DNA of 41,138 nucleotides from assembly GCA_019242175.1 (NCBI GenBank), contig JAFAVZ010000007.1, positions 1-41,138 of the forward strand. Direction: 5' to 3'. Numbering within the stretch: position 1 is the stretch's first letter; each line of letters begins with the position of its first letter. A model generated the notes under the pieces. That model was not told the DNA's origin, did no database searches, and saw nothing but the letters and a program-made list of their open reading frames with translations. Below, piece after piece: positions 16,705 through 24,063 of this stretch. This stretch comes from Acidobacteriota bacterium. GTDB lineage: Bacteria > Acidobacteriota > Thermoanaerobaculia > Gp7-AA8. A program made the translations under genes and the position numbers.

Positions 16705-17152
16705 GCTGCTTTTCGTTCTTCTGATCGCCGGCTGCGCGACAACGCCGGAAGTGGCGCCCGAGGCTCCGCGGGCGGAGTTGCGGGCGGCGTCTCGGGCGAC
16801 GGCGGCGCCGCGCGCAGACGTCGCGAACTTCGACGGCCCGATCGAGATCGCGTCCGCAACGGTGCGCGTCGCTGCGGAGATGCCGGAGCTGATGCAACGC
16901 ACCGGCGCGAGCCGCGACATGCGCATCCTCGACGTCCGCACGGAACGGCCGCTCGATCTCCTGCGCGACGCCGCCGCGGTCATCGTGCTCGACGGGCAGC
17001 CGCTGAAGGAGACGATTCCGATCGACGATCAGCATCTCATCGCCGTCGTGCCTTCGTCGGCCGTGCGCGGCGAGAGCTCCATCGCCGTCACCTACCTCGG
17101 CGCGGAGTCGTACTCGATGTCGCGGAAGCGGGTGACGGTGCGGATGCCTTGA
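16676..17152 (+). CDS. Small lipoprotein, function unknown
   Basis: It has a lipobox (LLFVLLIAGCATT). It overlaps the preceding gene by 29 nt. Confidence 0.5.
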   Translation: MWTTSSSRAELLFVLLIAGCATTPEVAPEAPRAELRAASRATAAPRADVANFDGPIEIASATVRVAAEMPELMQRTGASRDMRILDVRTERPLDLLRDAAAVIVLDGQPLKETIPIDDQHLIAVVPSSAVRGESSIAVTYLGAESYSMSRKRVTVRMP

Positions 17153-17210
17153 CGCCGCAGATCGCGGATGCCTTGACATCCGGGCATGCGTCACGCAGCG
17201 TTGCGGGCGT

Positions 17211-20200
17211 ATGCGAGACGAAGTCCGCCGCTTTCCCCCGCTCGACCTGCACCGCTCCGGTCCCGTGCCGGAGCGGATCGAGCACGAGGATCGCGTCCAG
17301 CACGTGAACGTCGAAGCCGCAGCGCTCGCGGAGGCGCTGCGGCGCAACGTCAAGGGCGAAGTCCGTTTCGACGACGCGTCGCGCGCGTTGTACGCGACCG
17401 ACGCGTCGAACTATCGCCAGGTGCCGATTGGCATCGTGATTCCGCGCGATGCGGACGACGTCGTCGCCGCGGTCGCCCTCGCCCGCGAATACGGCGCGCC
17501 GATCCTCGGCCGCGGCGCGGGCACCTCGCTCGCCGGCCAATGCTGCAACGTCGCAGTGGTGATCGACTGCTCGAAGTACATGCACCGCATCGTGGAGCTC
17601 GACCCGACGGCGAAGTTCGCGCGCGTCGAGCCGGGCATCATCCTCGACGATCTGCGCAACGAGGCGGAGAAACACAACCTCACGTTTGGCCCCGATCCAG
17701 CCACGCACTCCCACTGCACGATCGGCGGCATGGTCGGCAACAACTCCTGCGGCGTCCACGCGGTGATGGCCGGCAAGACCGTCGACAACATCGAAGAGCT
17801 GGACGTGCTGACGTACGACGGCGTCCGCATGCGCGTCGGCAAGACGAGCGACGAAGAGCTGGAGCGCATCCTTCGCGAAGGCGGGCGGCGCGGCGAGATC
17901 TACTCCGGCCTGCTGCGCCTCCGCGATCGCTACGCGAATCTGATCCGCCAGCGCTATCCGAACATCCCCCGCCGCGTCTCCGGCTACAACCTCGACGAGC
18001 TCCTGCCGGAGAACGGCTTCCACGTCGCGCGCGCGCTCGTCGGCACCGAGAGCACGTGCGTGATGGTCCTCGAGGCGAAGTGCCGCCTGGTGCATTCGCC
18101 CCCCGCGCGCACGCTCGTGCTCATCGGCTACGACACGGTCTATCACGCCGCGGACGACGTTCCGCGCATCCTCGAATTCGGCCCTGTCGGCCTCGAAGGC
18201 GTCGACGATCTGCTCATCGAGGCGGAAGTCGCGAAGAACCTGAATCCGATCGGGATCTCGATGCTGCCGGAAGGCAGCGGCTGGCTCTTCGTCGAGTTCG
18301 GCGGCGAGACGCAGGAAGAGGCGAACGACCGCGCGCGGCAGATGATGGACAAGATCGGCGGCAGCGTGAAGTCATTGCGCATGTTCACCGATCCCTTCGA
18401 GCAGAAAGCGGTGTGGCAAGTCCGCGAGTCGGGCCTCGGCGCCACCGCCTACACGCCGGGCAAACCGCGGACGTGGGAAGGGTGGGAAGACGCCGCCGTC
18501 GCGCCGCAGAAGCTCGGCGGCTATCTCCGCGACCTGCGCAAGCTGCTCGACCGCTATCACTACGTCGGCGATCTGTACGGCCACTTTGGGCAGGGCTGCG
18601 TCCACACGCGCACGAACTTCGATCTGCAGACGCCGAACGGCATCGCGAAGATGCGCGCGTTCGTCGAAGAGGCGGCGGATCTCGTCGTGTCTTACGGCGG
18701 CTCGTTCTCCGGCGAGCACGGCGATGGCCAGTCGCGCGCGGAGCTGCTGCCGAAGATGTACGGCGAGGAGCTGATGGGCGCGTTCCGGGAGTTCAAGTCG
18801 CTCTGGGATCCGGAGTGGAAGATGAACCCGGGCAAGGTCATCACGCCCTACCACATCACCGAAAACCTCCGCCTCGGCAGCGACTATCGCCCCTGGTCGC
18901 CGAAGACGCACTTCCAGTTTCCGGACGATGAAGGGCGGATGGAAACCGCCGTGTTGCGCTGCGTCGGCGTCGGCAAATGCCGGCGGATGGAGATGGGGAC
19001 GATGTGCCCCAGCTTCGTGGCGACGCGCGAAGAAGAGCATTCGACGCGCGGCCGCGCGCGGCTGCTCTTCGAGATGTTCGAAGGCGAAGTCATCCCCGAC
19101 AACTGGCGCAACGAGGCGGTGAAAGACGCGCTCGATCTCTGCATCGCATGCAAAGGTTGCAAGGGCGAGTGCCCGGTCGGCGTCGACATGGCGACGTACA
19201 AGGCCGAGTTCCTCTCGCACTACTACGAAGGCCGCATCCGCCCCCTCGCCGCATACGCGATGGGCTGGATCCACATCTGGTCGCGTTTCGCGCAATTCGC
19301 GCCGGGGTTGGCGAACGCGATGATGGCCTTCCCCCTCACGCGCAAGCTGCTGCATATCGCGAAGGAACGGCAGATGCCGCGGTACGCGGAGTCGACGTTC
19401 GAGGAGCGGTTCCGCAAACGCGAGCATTCGGAGTCGCGCGAGTCGAAGCGGCGCGTGATGCTGTGGCCGGACACGTTCAACAATCACTTCCATCCCGAGA
19501 CGGCGATGGCGGCCGTGGAAGTGCTCGAGGCGGCGGGCTATCACGTGACGCTTCCGCGCAAGCCGCTCTGTTGCGGCCGCCCGCTCTACGACTGGGGCTT
19601 TCTCGGCATGGCCAAGGCGCAGTTGCGCGAGATCCTCGACGCGCTGCAGCCGGAGCTCGACGAAGGCGTGCCGATCATCGGCCTCGAGCCGAGCTGCATC
19701 TCGGTGTTCCGCGACGAGCTGCCGAATCTCTTCCCGAACGACGAAGGAGCGAAGCGGCTGGCGAAGTCGGCGATGACGTTGAGCGAATTCATCGCGCGCG
19801 AAGGTGACGCGTTCCATCTGCCGCGCCTCGAGCGCAAAGTGCTCACGCAGGGCCATTGCCATCACAAGGCGGTGATCGGCTACGCGGGCGAAGTCGGCTT
19901 GATGAAGAAGATGGGGCTGGAGGTCGAGCATCCCGACTCCGGCTGCTGCGGCATGGCCGGCGCGTTCGGCTTCGAGGAAGAGCATTACGACGTCTCGATG
20001 CGCATCGGCGAACGCGTGCTGTTGCCGAAAGTGCGGGAGGCCGAGCGCGACACGCTGATCGTCGCGGACGGATTCAGCTGCCGCGAACAGATCGCGCAGT
20101 CGACCGGCCGCGAGGCGCTGCATTTCGCGCAGGTGCTGCAGATGGCGTTGCGCGAAGGCCCAGCCGGGCCGCGCGGCGAGCTGCCCGAGGAGCGGTACAA

Positions 20201-20306
20201 CGAGAAACGACCGCTGTTCCCCAACTGGCCGAAGGTGCTCGGGCTCGGAATCGCCGCCGGCGCGCTCGTCGGGCTCGTAGCGCTCTCCCGGAAATGGCGG
20301 AAGTGA
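17211..20306 (+). CDS. FAD-binding oxidase fused to an Fe-S/CCG domain (GlcD-GlcF-type 2-hydroxyacid dehydrogenase-like), with a C-terminal TM anchor
   Basis: The FAD-binding PCMH region is PRDADDVVAAVALAREYGAPILGRGAGTSLAGQ. Two ferredoxin-type Cys clusters are present (CVGVGKCRR...MCP, CIACKGCKGECP). CCG-like Cys motifs are present (LWPDTFNN, PLCCGRP, GHCHHKA, SGCCGMAG). The hydrophobic tail is LGLGIAAGALVGLVAL. Confidence 0.85.
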   Translation: MRDEVRRFPPLDLHRSGPVPERIEHEDRVQHVNVEAAALAEALRRNVKGEVRFDDASRALYATDASNYRQVPIGIVIPRDADDVVAAVALAREYGAPILGRGAGTSLAGQCCNVAVVIDCSKYMHRIVELDPTAKFARVEPGIILDDLRNEAEKHNLTFGPDPATHSHCTIGGMVGNNSCGVHAVMAGKTVDNIEELDVLTYDGVRMRVGKTSDEELERILREGGRRGEIYSGLLRLRDRYANLIRQRYPNIPRRVSGYNLDELLPENGFHVARALVGTESTCVMVLEAKCRLVHSPPARTLVLIGYDTVYHAADDVPRILEFGPVGLEGVDDLLIEAEVAKNLNPIGISMLPEGSGWLFVEFGGETQEEANDRARQMMDKIGGSVKSLRMFTDPFEQKAVWQVRESGLGATAYTPGKPRTWEGWEDAAVAPQKLGGYLRDLRKLLDRYHYVGDLYGHFGQGCVHTRTNFDLQTPNGIAKMRAFVEEAADLVVSYGGSFSGEHGDGQSRAELLPKMYGEELMGAFREFKSLWDPEWKMNPGKVITPYHITENLRLGSDYRPWSPKTHFQFPDDEGRMETAVLRCVGVGKCRRMEMGTMCPSFVATREEEHSTRGRARLLFEMFEGEVIPDNWRNEAVKDALDLCIACKGCKGECPVGVDMATYKAEFLSHYYEGRIRPLAAYAMGWIHIWSRFAQFAPGLANAMMAFPLTRKLLHIAKERQMPRYAESTFEERFRKREHSESRESKRRVMLWPDTFNNHFHPETAMAAVEVLEAAGYHVTLPRKPLCCGRPLYDWGFLGMAKAQLREILDALQPELDEGVPIIGLEPSCISVFRDELPNLFPNDEGAKRLAKSAMTLSEFIAREGDAFHLPRLERKVLTQGHCHHKAVIGYAGEVGLMKKMGLEVEHPDSGCCGMAGAFGFEEEHYDVSMRIGERVLLPKVREAERDTLIVADGFSCREQIAQSTGREALHFAQVLQMALREGPAGPRGELPEERYNEKRPLFPNWPKVLGLGIAAGALVGLVALSRKWRK

Positions 20307-22246
20307 CTCCCGCTGTCATCCTGAGCCACGAAGACGGCGAAGGATCCGCACCTTCAGGCGCGTATGAACCCATCTCCGCGTATGCGGTGATCGGCGACAC
20401 CCGTTCGTGTGCGCTCGTCTCCGCGCACGGCTCGATCGACTGGCTCTGCTGGCCGCGTTTCGACAGCCCCTCGGTTTTCGCGCGTCTGCTCGACGCGTCG
20501 CGTGGCGGCTTCTTCTCGATCCGTCCCGCCGCGCCGTTCCGCGCGGCGCGTCGCTATCTGCCCGGGACGAATGTGCTCGAGACGACCTTCGTCACGGAAA
20601 GCGGCAAGGCGACGCTGACCGATCTGATGCCGGTGATGAGCGAGGAGCTGAAGAAGCAACGCCTCGCGCCGTTCCGCGAGCTGCTCCGCCGCGTCGAAGT
20701 CGCCGAAGGCTCGATGGCGTTCGTCGTCGAGTACGTGCCGCGACCGCAATACGCGGCGGTTCCCGTCCGTCTCACGATCCGCGGCGACGAAATCTTCTGC
20801 ACCGATGGACCGGTCGCGGTGCATCTCCGCTCCGAGGTCGCGCTCGGGATTGAAGGCGACACGGCCTCGGCGCGCTTCGCGTTGCAGCAAGGCGAACGGC
20901 GCGATTTCGCGCTGGCGTTCGACAGCCACTCGCCCGCGATCGTGCCCCGCGTCGGGGACGAAGCGACGGACTCGATCGAACGCACGGTCGAGTTCTGGCG
21001 CCAATGGGTCGAGCAGTGCATCTACCAAGGCGAGTATCGCGACGCCGTCGTGCGCAGCGCATTGCTCCTGAAGCTGATGTCGCACGCGCCGTCCGGCGCG
21101 ATCGTCGCGGCGCCGACCACGTCACTGCCCGAGTGCATCGGCGGGATTCGCAACTGGGACTACCGCTTCTGCTGGCTGCGCGACGCGTCGTTCACCGTCG
21201 CCGCGCTCGACGGCGCGGGCTTCGAAGACGAAGGCGGCGCATTCGTCGACTGGCTGCTCTACGCCACGCGCCTCACCCAACCGAAGCTGCAGGTGCTCTA
21301 CGACGTCTTCGGCGAGTCGCGCGTGCCGGAGCACGAGCTGACGCATCTCGAAGGCTACATGGGCTCGGGGCCGGTGCGCGTCGGCAACGGCGCCCGCGAC
21401 CAATTCCAACTCGACATCTACGCGGAAGTCCTCGGCGCCGCCGAAGAGTGGATGGCGCGGGGCGGCAAGCTCGACGACGCGAAGATGTCGCAGGACGTCC
21501 AACGCATGCTGATCCGCCTCGCCGATACGATCGTCGATCGGTGGCAGGAGCCGGACAGCGGCATTTGGGAAAAGCGTTCCGGCCTGCAGCAACACGTACA
21601 CGCGAAGGTGATGGCGTGGGCCGGATTGCAAGGCGCGTTGCGCCTCGCCGAGCACGGCATCATCAGCAGGAAGCGGGTGGACGTGTGGCGCGCGACGGGC
21701 GAAGAGATCCGCCGCGTCGTCCTCGAACGCGGGTTCAACACGAAGCTCAACTCGTTCGTCAGCATCTTCGACGGCGACGAGCTCGACTCCAGCCTGCTCT
21801 ACATCGCGCGCGTCGGCTTCCTCGCCGCCGACGATCCGCGCATGCTCGGCACCATCGAAGCCATCCGCGCCCGCCTCGGCCGCGACGAATTGCTCTACCG
21901 CTACGACATCGAAACGAAAGATGGTCTGCCGCCGGGCGAAGGCGCGTTCCTCGCGTGCAGCTTCTGGCTCGTGGAGGCGCTCGCGTTGGCGGGCCGTCGC
22001 GACGAAGCGCACGTCGTCTTCCGCAAGCTCCTCGCCCGCGGCAACGACCTCGGTCTCTTCTCCGAGGAGGTCGACGTCGCCAGCGGCACGTTCCTCGGCA
22101 ACTTCCCGCAGGCGCTGACGCACATCGGGCTGATCAACGCCGCGCTTTGCCTACTCGCCAAAGACGGTCGAGACACCCCACGTCAGGCCGCCGAAAACCG
22201 CGCCGCCCAGGAGCGCGTAGGGGAGGATCAGCCCAAAGTGCAGTAA
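20294..22246 (+). CDS. Glycoside hydrolase family 15 protein (glucoamylase/trehalase-related)
   Basis: YEPISAYAVIGDTRSCALVSAHGSIDWLCWPRFDSPSVFARLLD is the canonical GH15 N-terminus. Also present are IRNWDYRFCWLRDASF and FPQALTHIGLINAA. I chose the ATG at 20294, giving a 13-nt overlap with the upstream gene. The upstream part of the longer track ORF is an artefact. Confidence 0.85.
   Translation: MAEVTPAVILSHEDGEGSAPSGAYEPISAYAVIGDTRSCALVSAHGSIDWLCWPRFDSPSVFARLLDASRGGFFSIRPAAPFRAARRYLPGTNVLETTFVTESGKATLTDLMPVMSEELKKQRLAPFRELLRRVEVAEGSMAFVVEYVPRPQYAAVPVRLTIRGDEIFCTDGPVAVHLRSEVALGIEGDTASARFALQQGERRDFALAFDSHSPAIVPRVGDEATDSIERTVEFWRQWVEQCIYQGEYRDAVVRSALLLKLMSHAPSGAIVAAPTTSLPECIGGIRNWDYRFCWLRDASFTVAALDGAGFEDEGGAFVDWLLYATRLTQPKLQVLYDVFGESRVPEHELTHLEGYMGSGPVRVGNGARDQFQLDIYAEVLGAAEEWMARGGKLDDAKMSQDVQRMLIRLADTIVDRWQEPDSGIWEKRSGLQQHVHAKVMAWAGLQGALRLAEHGIISRKRVDVWRATGEEIRRVVLERGFNTKLNSFVSIFDGDELDSSLLYIARVGFLAADDPRMLGTIEAIRARLGRDELLYRYDIETKDGLPPGEGAFLACSFWLVEALALAGRRDEAHVVFRKLLARGNDLGLFSEEVDVASGTFLGNFPQALTHIGLINAALCLLAKDGRDTPRQAAENRAAQERVGEDQPKVQ
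20315..20347 (+). repeat. Repeat family A half-copy (GTCATCCTGAG...GGCGAAGGATC) inside the GH15 5' end
   Basis: gtcatcctgagccacgaagacggcgaaggatcc matches the left half of the full element at 36241-36315. It translates in-frame as VILSHEDGEGS. Confidence 0.7.
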
Positions 22247-22486
22247 CGACGGCCGCGCGATCGCCTCGATGACCGCCGCGCCGCCGCAGGCGATGAGCCC
22301 CGCCGCCGCGCCATTCCGAAACGCCTCGGGGCGCTTCAGCTGATTGCCCGTCGGGATCGCGAGGATCACGCCGATGGCAATCCAGACCCAATGCTCGATG
22401 CCGACCGTGATGCCGGCCGCACTGGCAGCGCCGAGGGCGAGGCCGACGACGATGACTGGCGTGATGACGCGCCAACGCAGATCCAT
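22151..22486 (-). CDS. Small hydrophobic membrane protein (about 3-4 TM)
   Basis: 111 aa, strongly hydrophobic (VITPVIVVGLALGAASAAGITV, WVWIAIGVILAI, LILPYALLGGAVFGGL). Its 3' end overlaps the GH15 3' end by 96 nt on the opposite strand. Confidence 0.5.
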   Translation of the reverse strand: MDLRWRVITPVIVVGLALGAASAAGITVGIEHWVWIAIGVILAIPTGNQLKRPEAFRNGAAAGLIACGGAAVIEAIARPSLLHFGLILPYALLGGAVFGGLTWGVSTVFGE

Positions 22487-22489
22487 GCG

Positions 22490-22963
22490 CTACATCTTAT
22501 AGAACGTGCCGAGCACGAGACCGTAGAGCGCGTGGGCCACGACGGCCACGAAGGGCGTCCAGCGACCGTAGTTCGTGGAGAGGAATCCGGGCGGCTCGAG
22601 GAGGCGCGTCGGCTCCGGGCCGCGATAGTCGGAGACCATGCGCGGATGCACGCCGGGAAGAATGGGCAGGAGCACGACGGCGACGAAGAAGCCCTGCACC
22701 GCGCCGGCGAGCGCGCCGAACCACCACGAGGCGAAGCCGGCGGTCTCGAAGAAGAGACCGAAGACGAGGGCGAAGACCCATCCGTTCACGATGTGCACCG
22801 CGACGCCCAGGATCTTCGCCTTGTCGCGGTCGGCGGTGAACATCGTGCCGAGGATGAACGGGATGTCGATCCGGGTCAGGCCGAGCGATTGCCCGGCGAC
22901 CGTCGTCGTGAGCAGCACGACGGACGCGGCGAAGCCCCAGACGAGGATCGACGGGTAGTTCAA
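22490..22963 (-). CDS. Membrane protein, function unknown (4 predicted TM)
   Basis: 157 aa with hydrophobic helices (ILVWGFAASVVLL, VHIVNGWVFALVFGLFF, WWFGALAGAVQGFFVAVVLLPI, FVAVVAHALYGLVLG). Its stop lies 3 nt upstream of the next gene's start. Confidence 0.6.
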   Translation of the reverse strand: MNYPSILVWGFAASVVLLTTTVAGQSLGLTRIDIPFILGTMFTADRDKAKILGVAVHIVNGWVFALVFGLFFETAGFASWWFGALAGAVQGFFVAVVLLPILPGVHPRMVSDYRGPEPTRLLEPPGFLSTNYGRWTPFVAVVAHALYGLVLGTFYKM

Positions 22964-23013
22964 GACGGAAGCGACGGATCACAGGCCGCGAACGGCCCGT
23001 GACCCGATCGACG

Positions 23014-23493
23014 TCAGATGTTCTCGCGTCCGCTGTACGGCTGTTCGCGATTCGTCTGCGTGTCGTTGCTGCTGCGCAGACGATCGTTGCTGCTGCTGTT
23101 GTTGTTCGGACGGTTGCCGCCGGCCTCGAAGCCGCTGCGCTCGCTCACCGTCTGGCGCTCGAAGCTCTGGTCGGTGTTGCGCGTGTAGTCCGCGCCACCC
23201 GAGGTCGAAGGAGCGATGCCGTTGTTGTTGCCCGGGATGTCCCGACCGTCGCCGGACGCCGCCGCGCGGGCGCGGGCTCCGCGGCTGTGGCCGCCTTCGC
23301 GGCCGATGGCCGACATGTGCGCGCGGTCGCGGCTCACCGCCTCGCCGCCTTTGCGGCCGGCGACACGCGCTTCGTCGGTCGTGAACTCGTGAGCGGTGCC
23401 TTTCGCGTGAGCGGCACGGCCGCCCTTGCTGGCAATCTCGCGCTGCTTGTTCGGATCCATCGATGCAAAACCGCGCTTACTGGTGTTGGCCAT
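23014..23493 (-). CDS. General stress protein with KGG repeats (YciG-like), N/S/R-rich tail
   Basis: Repeated motifs are REIASKGGRAAH, HEFTTDEARVAGRKGGEA and IGREGGHSRG. GGAGGA lies 8 nt upstream of the ATG. Confidence 0.8.
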   Translation of the reverse strand: MANTSKRGFASMDPNKQREIASKGGRAAHAKGTAHEFTTDEARVAGRKGGEAVSRDRAHMSAIGREGGHSRGARARAAASGDGRDIPGNNNGIAPSTSGGADYTRNTDQSFERQTVSERSGFEAGGNRPNNNSSSNDRLRSSNDTQTNREQPYSGRENI

Positions 23494-23770
23494 GATGTCT
23501 TTCCTCCAGGTCAGATAACCGTTTCTCCATGCCTCTTGGGCTCATCCAAATCCGTTCACGAAATGTGCCACGGATCGGGCTGGCTACGCCGTAACGCGCA
23601 AAAAAGTCGCGTCGAGCAGTTGCGGCAAACGCATGCGCGATGATGGTTATTAGTTGTTGGTCGGCTGTTGGCAGGGAGCTGGGGGAGGGAGAACGCGGCA
23701 GCGCGTCTCGGTTGCTCGTCGCTTTTCGGAACTGGAGAGGATCCCGGCTCGCTAGTAGGGTCGGCCGAGG

Positions 23771-23804
23771 CTAGGCCAACCAGCGCACCGGGCCGTGCCC
23801 GGTG
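23771..23804 (-). repeat. Repeat family C copy; GC hairpin (CACCGGGC-ACG-GCCCGGTG on the minus strand) abutting the tRNA 3' end
   Basis: Plus-strand sequence is ctaggccaaccagcgcaccgggccgtgcccggtg. The 8-bp stem shares bases with the CA of the encoded CCA. Confidence 0.65.
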
Positions 23805-23895
23805 GCGGAGAGAGAGGGATTCGAACCCTCGGTAGAGCTTGACGCCCTACGACGGTTTAGCAAACCGTTGGTTTAAGCCACTCACCCATCTCTCC
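23803..23895 (-). tRNA. tRNA-Ser (anticodon GCU), CCA encoded
   Basis: I folded the reverse complement by hand. Acceptor is GGAGAGA/TCTCTCC. Anticodon stem is ACGGT/ACCGT with loop TTGCTAA. It has a long variable arm (GTAGGGCGTCAAGCTCTAC), a T arm GAGGG-TTCGAAT-CCCTC, and discriminator G plus CCA. Confidence 0.9.
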
Positions 23896-23963
23896 ATGAG
23901 GATGCCGAATGCGCGGAATGGTAAATGCGGCCGCGCGGAACTTCAATTCCTCGCATCACCGGA

Positions 23964-24031
23964 AATGTAGGGCCGGCTCTCCGGCTGGCCCGAGGTCGAT
24001 GCGGGGCCGGCTGGAGAGCGGGCCCTACATT
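23964..24031 (+). repeat. Repeat family B full copy (AATGTAGGGCCGGCTCTCC...GGAGAGCGGGCCCTACATT) followed by a T-run
   Basis: The imperfect inverted arms are about 27 bp, separated by about 11 nt. TTTTTT follows immediately. Confidence 0.75.
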
Positions 24032-24063
24032 TTTTGTCGGCAACGGGTACCATCCCGGCGCTC

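Noticed and set aside
13723-16983. 1086-aa minus-strand ORF opposite the lipoprotein hydrolase. Similar long antisense or alternate-frame ORFs occur at 9258-11150, 12421-13668, 18372-20123, 21122-22123, 25144-26490, 26762-28441, 29914-31527, 31097-32608, 35791-37212 and 38511-40052.
   Set aside because: All are R/A/G/D/E-rich with no domain signatures. Each overlaps a strand or frame that carries clear family motifs, signal peptides or TM helices. They are high-GC stop-codon-depletion artefacts.
19856-20293. Upstream part of the 796-aa track ORF, as an N-terminal extension of GH15
   Set aside because: It lies in an alternate frame of the FAD/Fe-S oxidase CDS and is R-rich. The GH15 homology begins only after the ATG at 20294.
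23494-23770. Possible small RNA or promoter elements in the 277-bp gap between the KGG stress gene and the tRNA trailer
   Set aside because: I could identify only a T/G-rich, heptamer-like tract (23643-23670), with no conserved ncRNA structure or convincing promoter hexamers.
24034-24063. TTG at 24034 as the kinase start
   Set aside because: It would begin inside the T-run of the family B element. The ATG at 24064 gives a normal short N-terminus before the glycine-rich loop.
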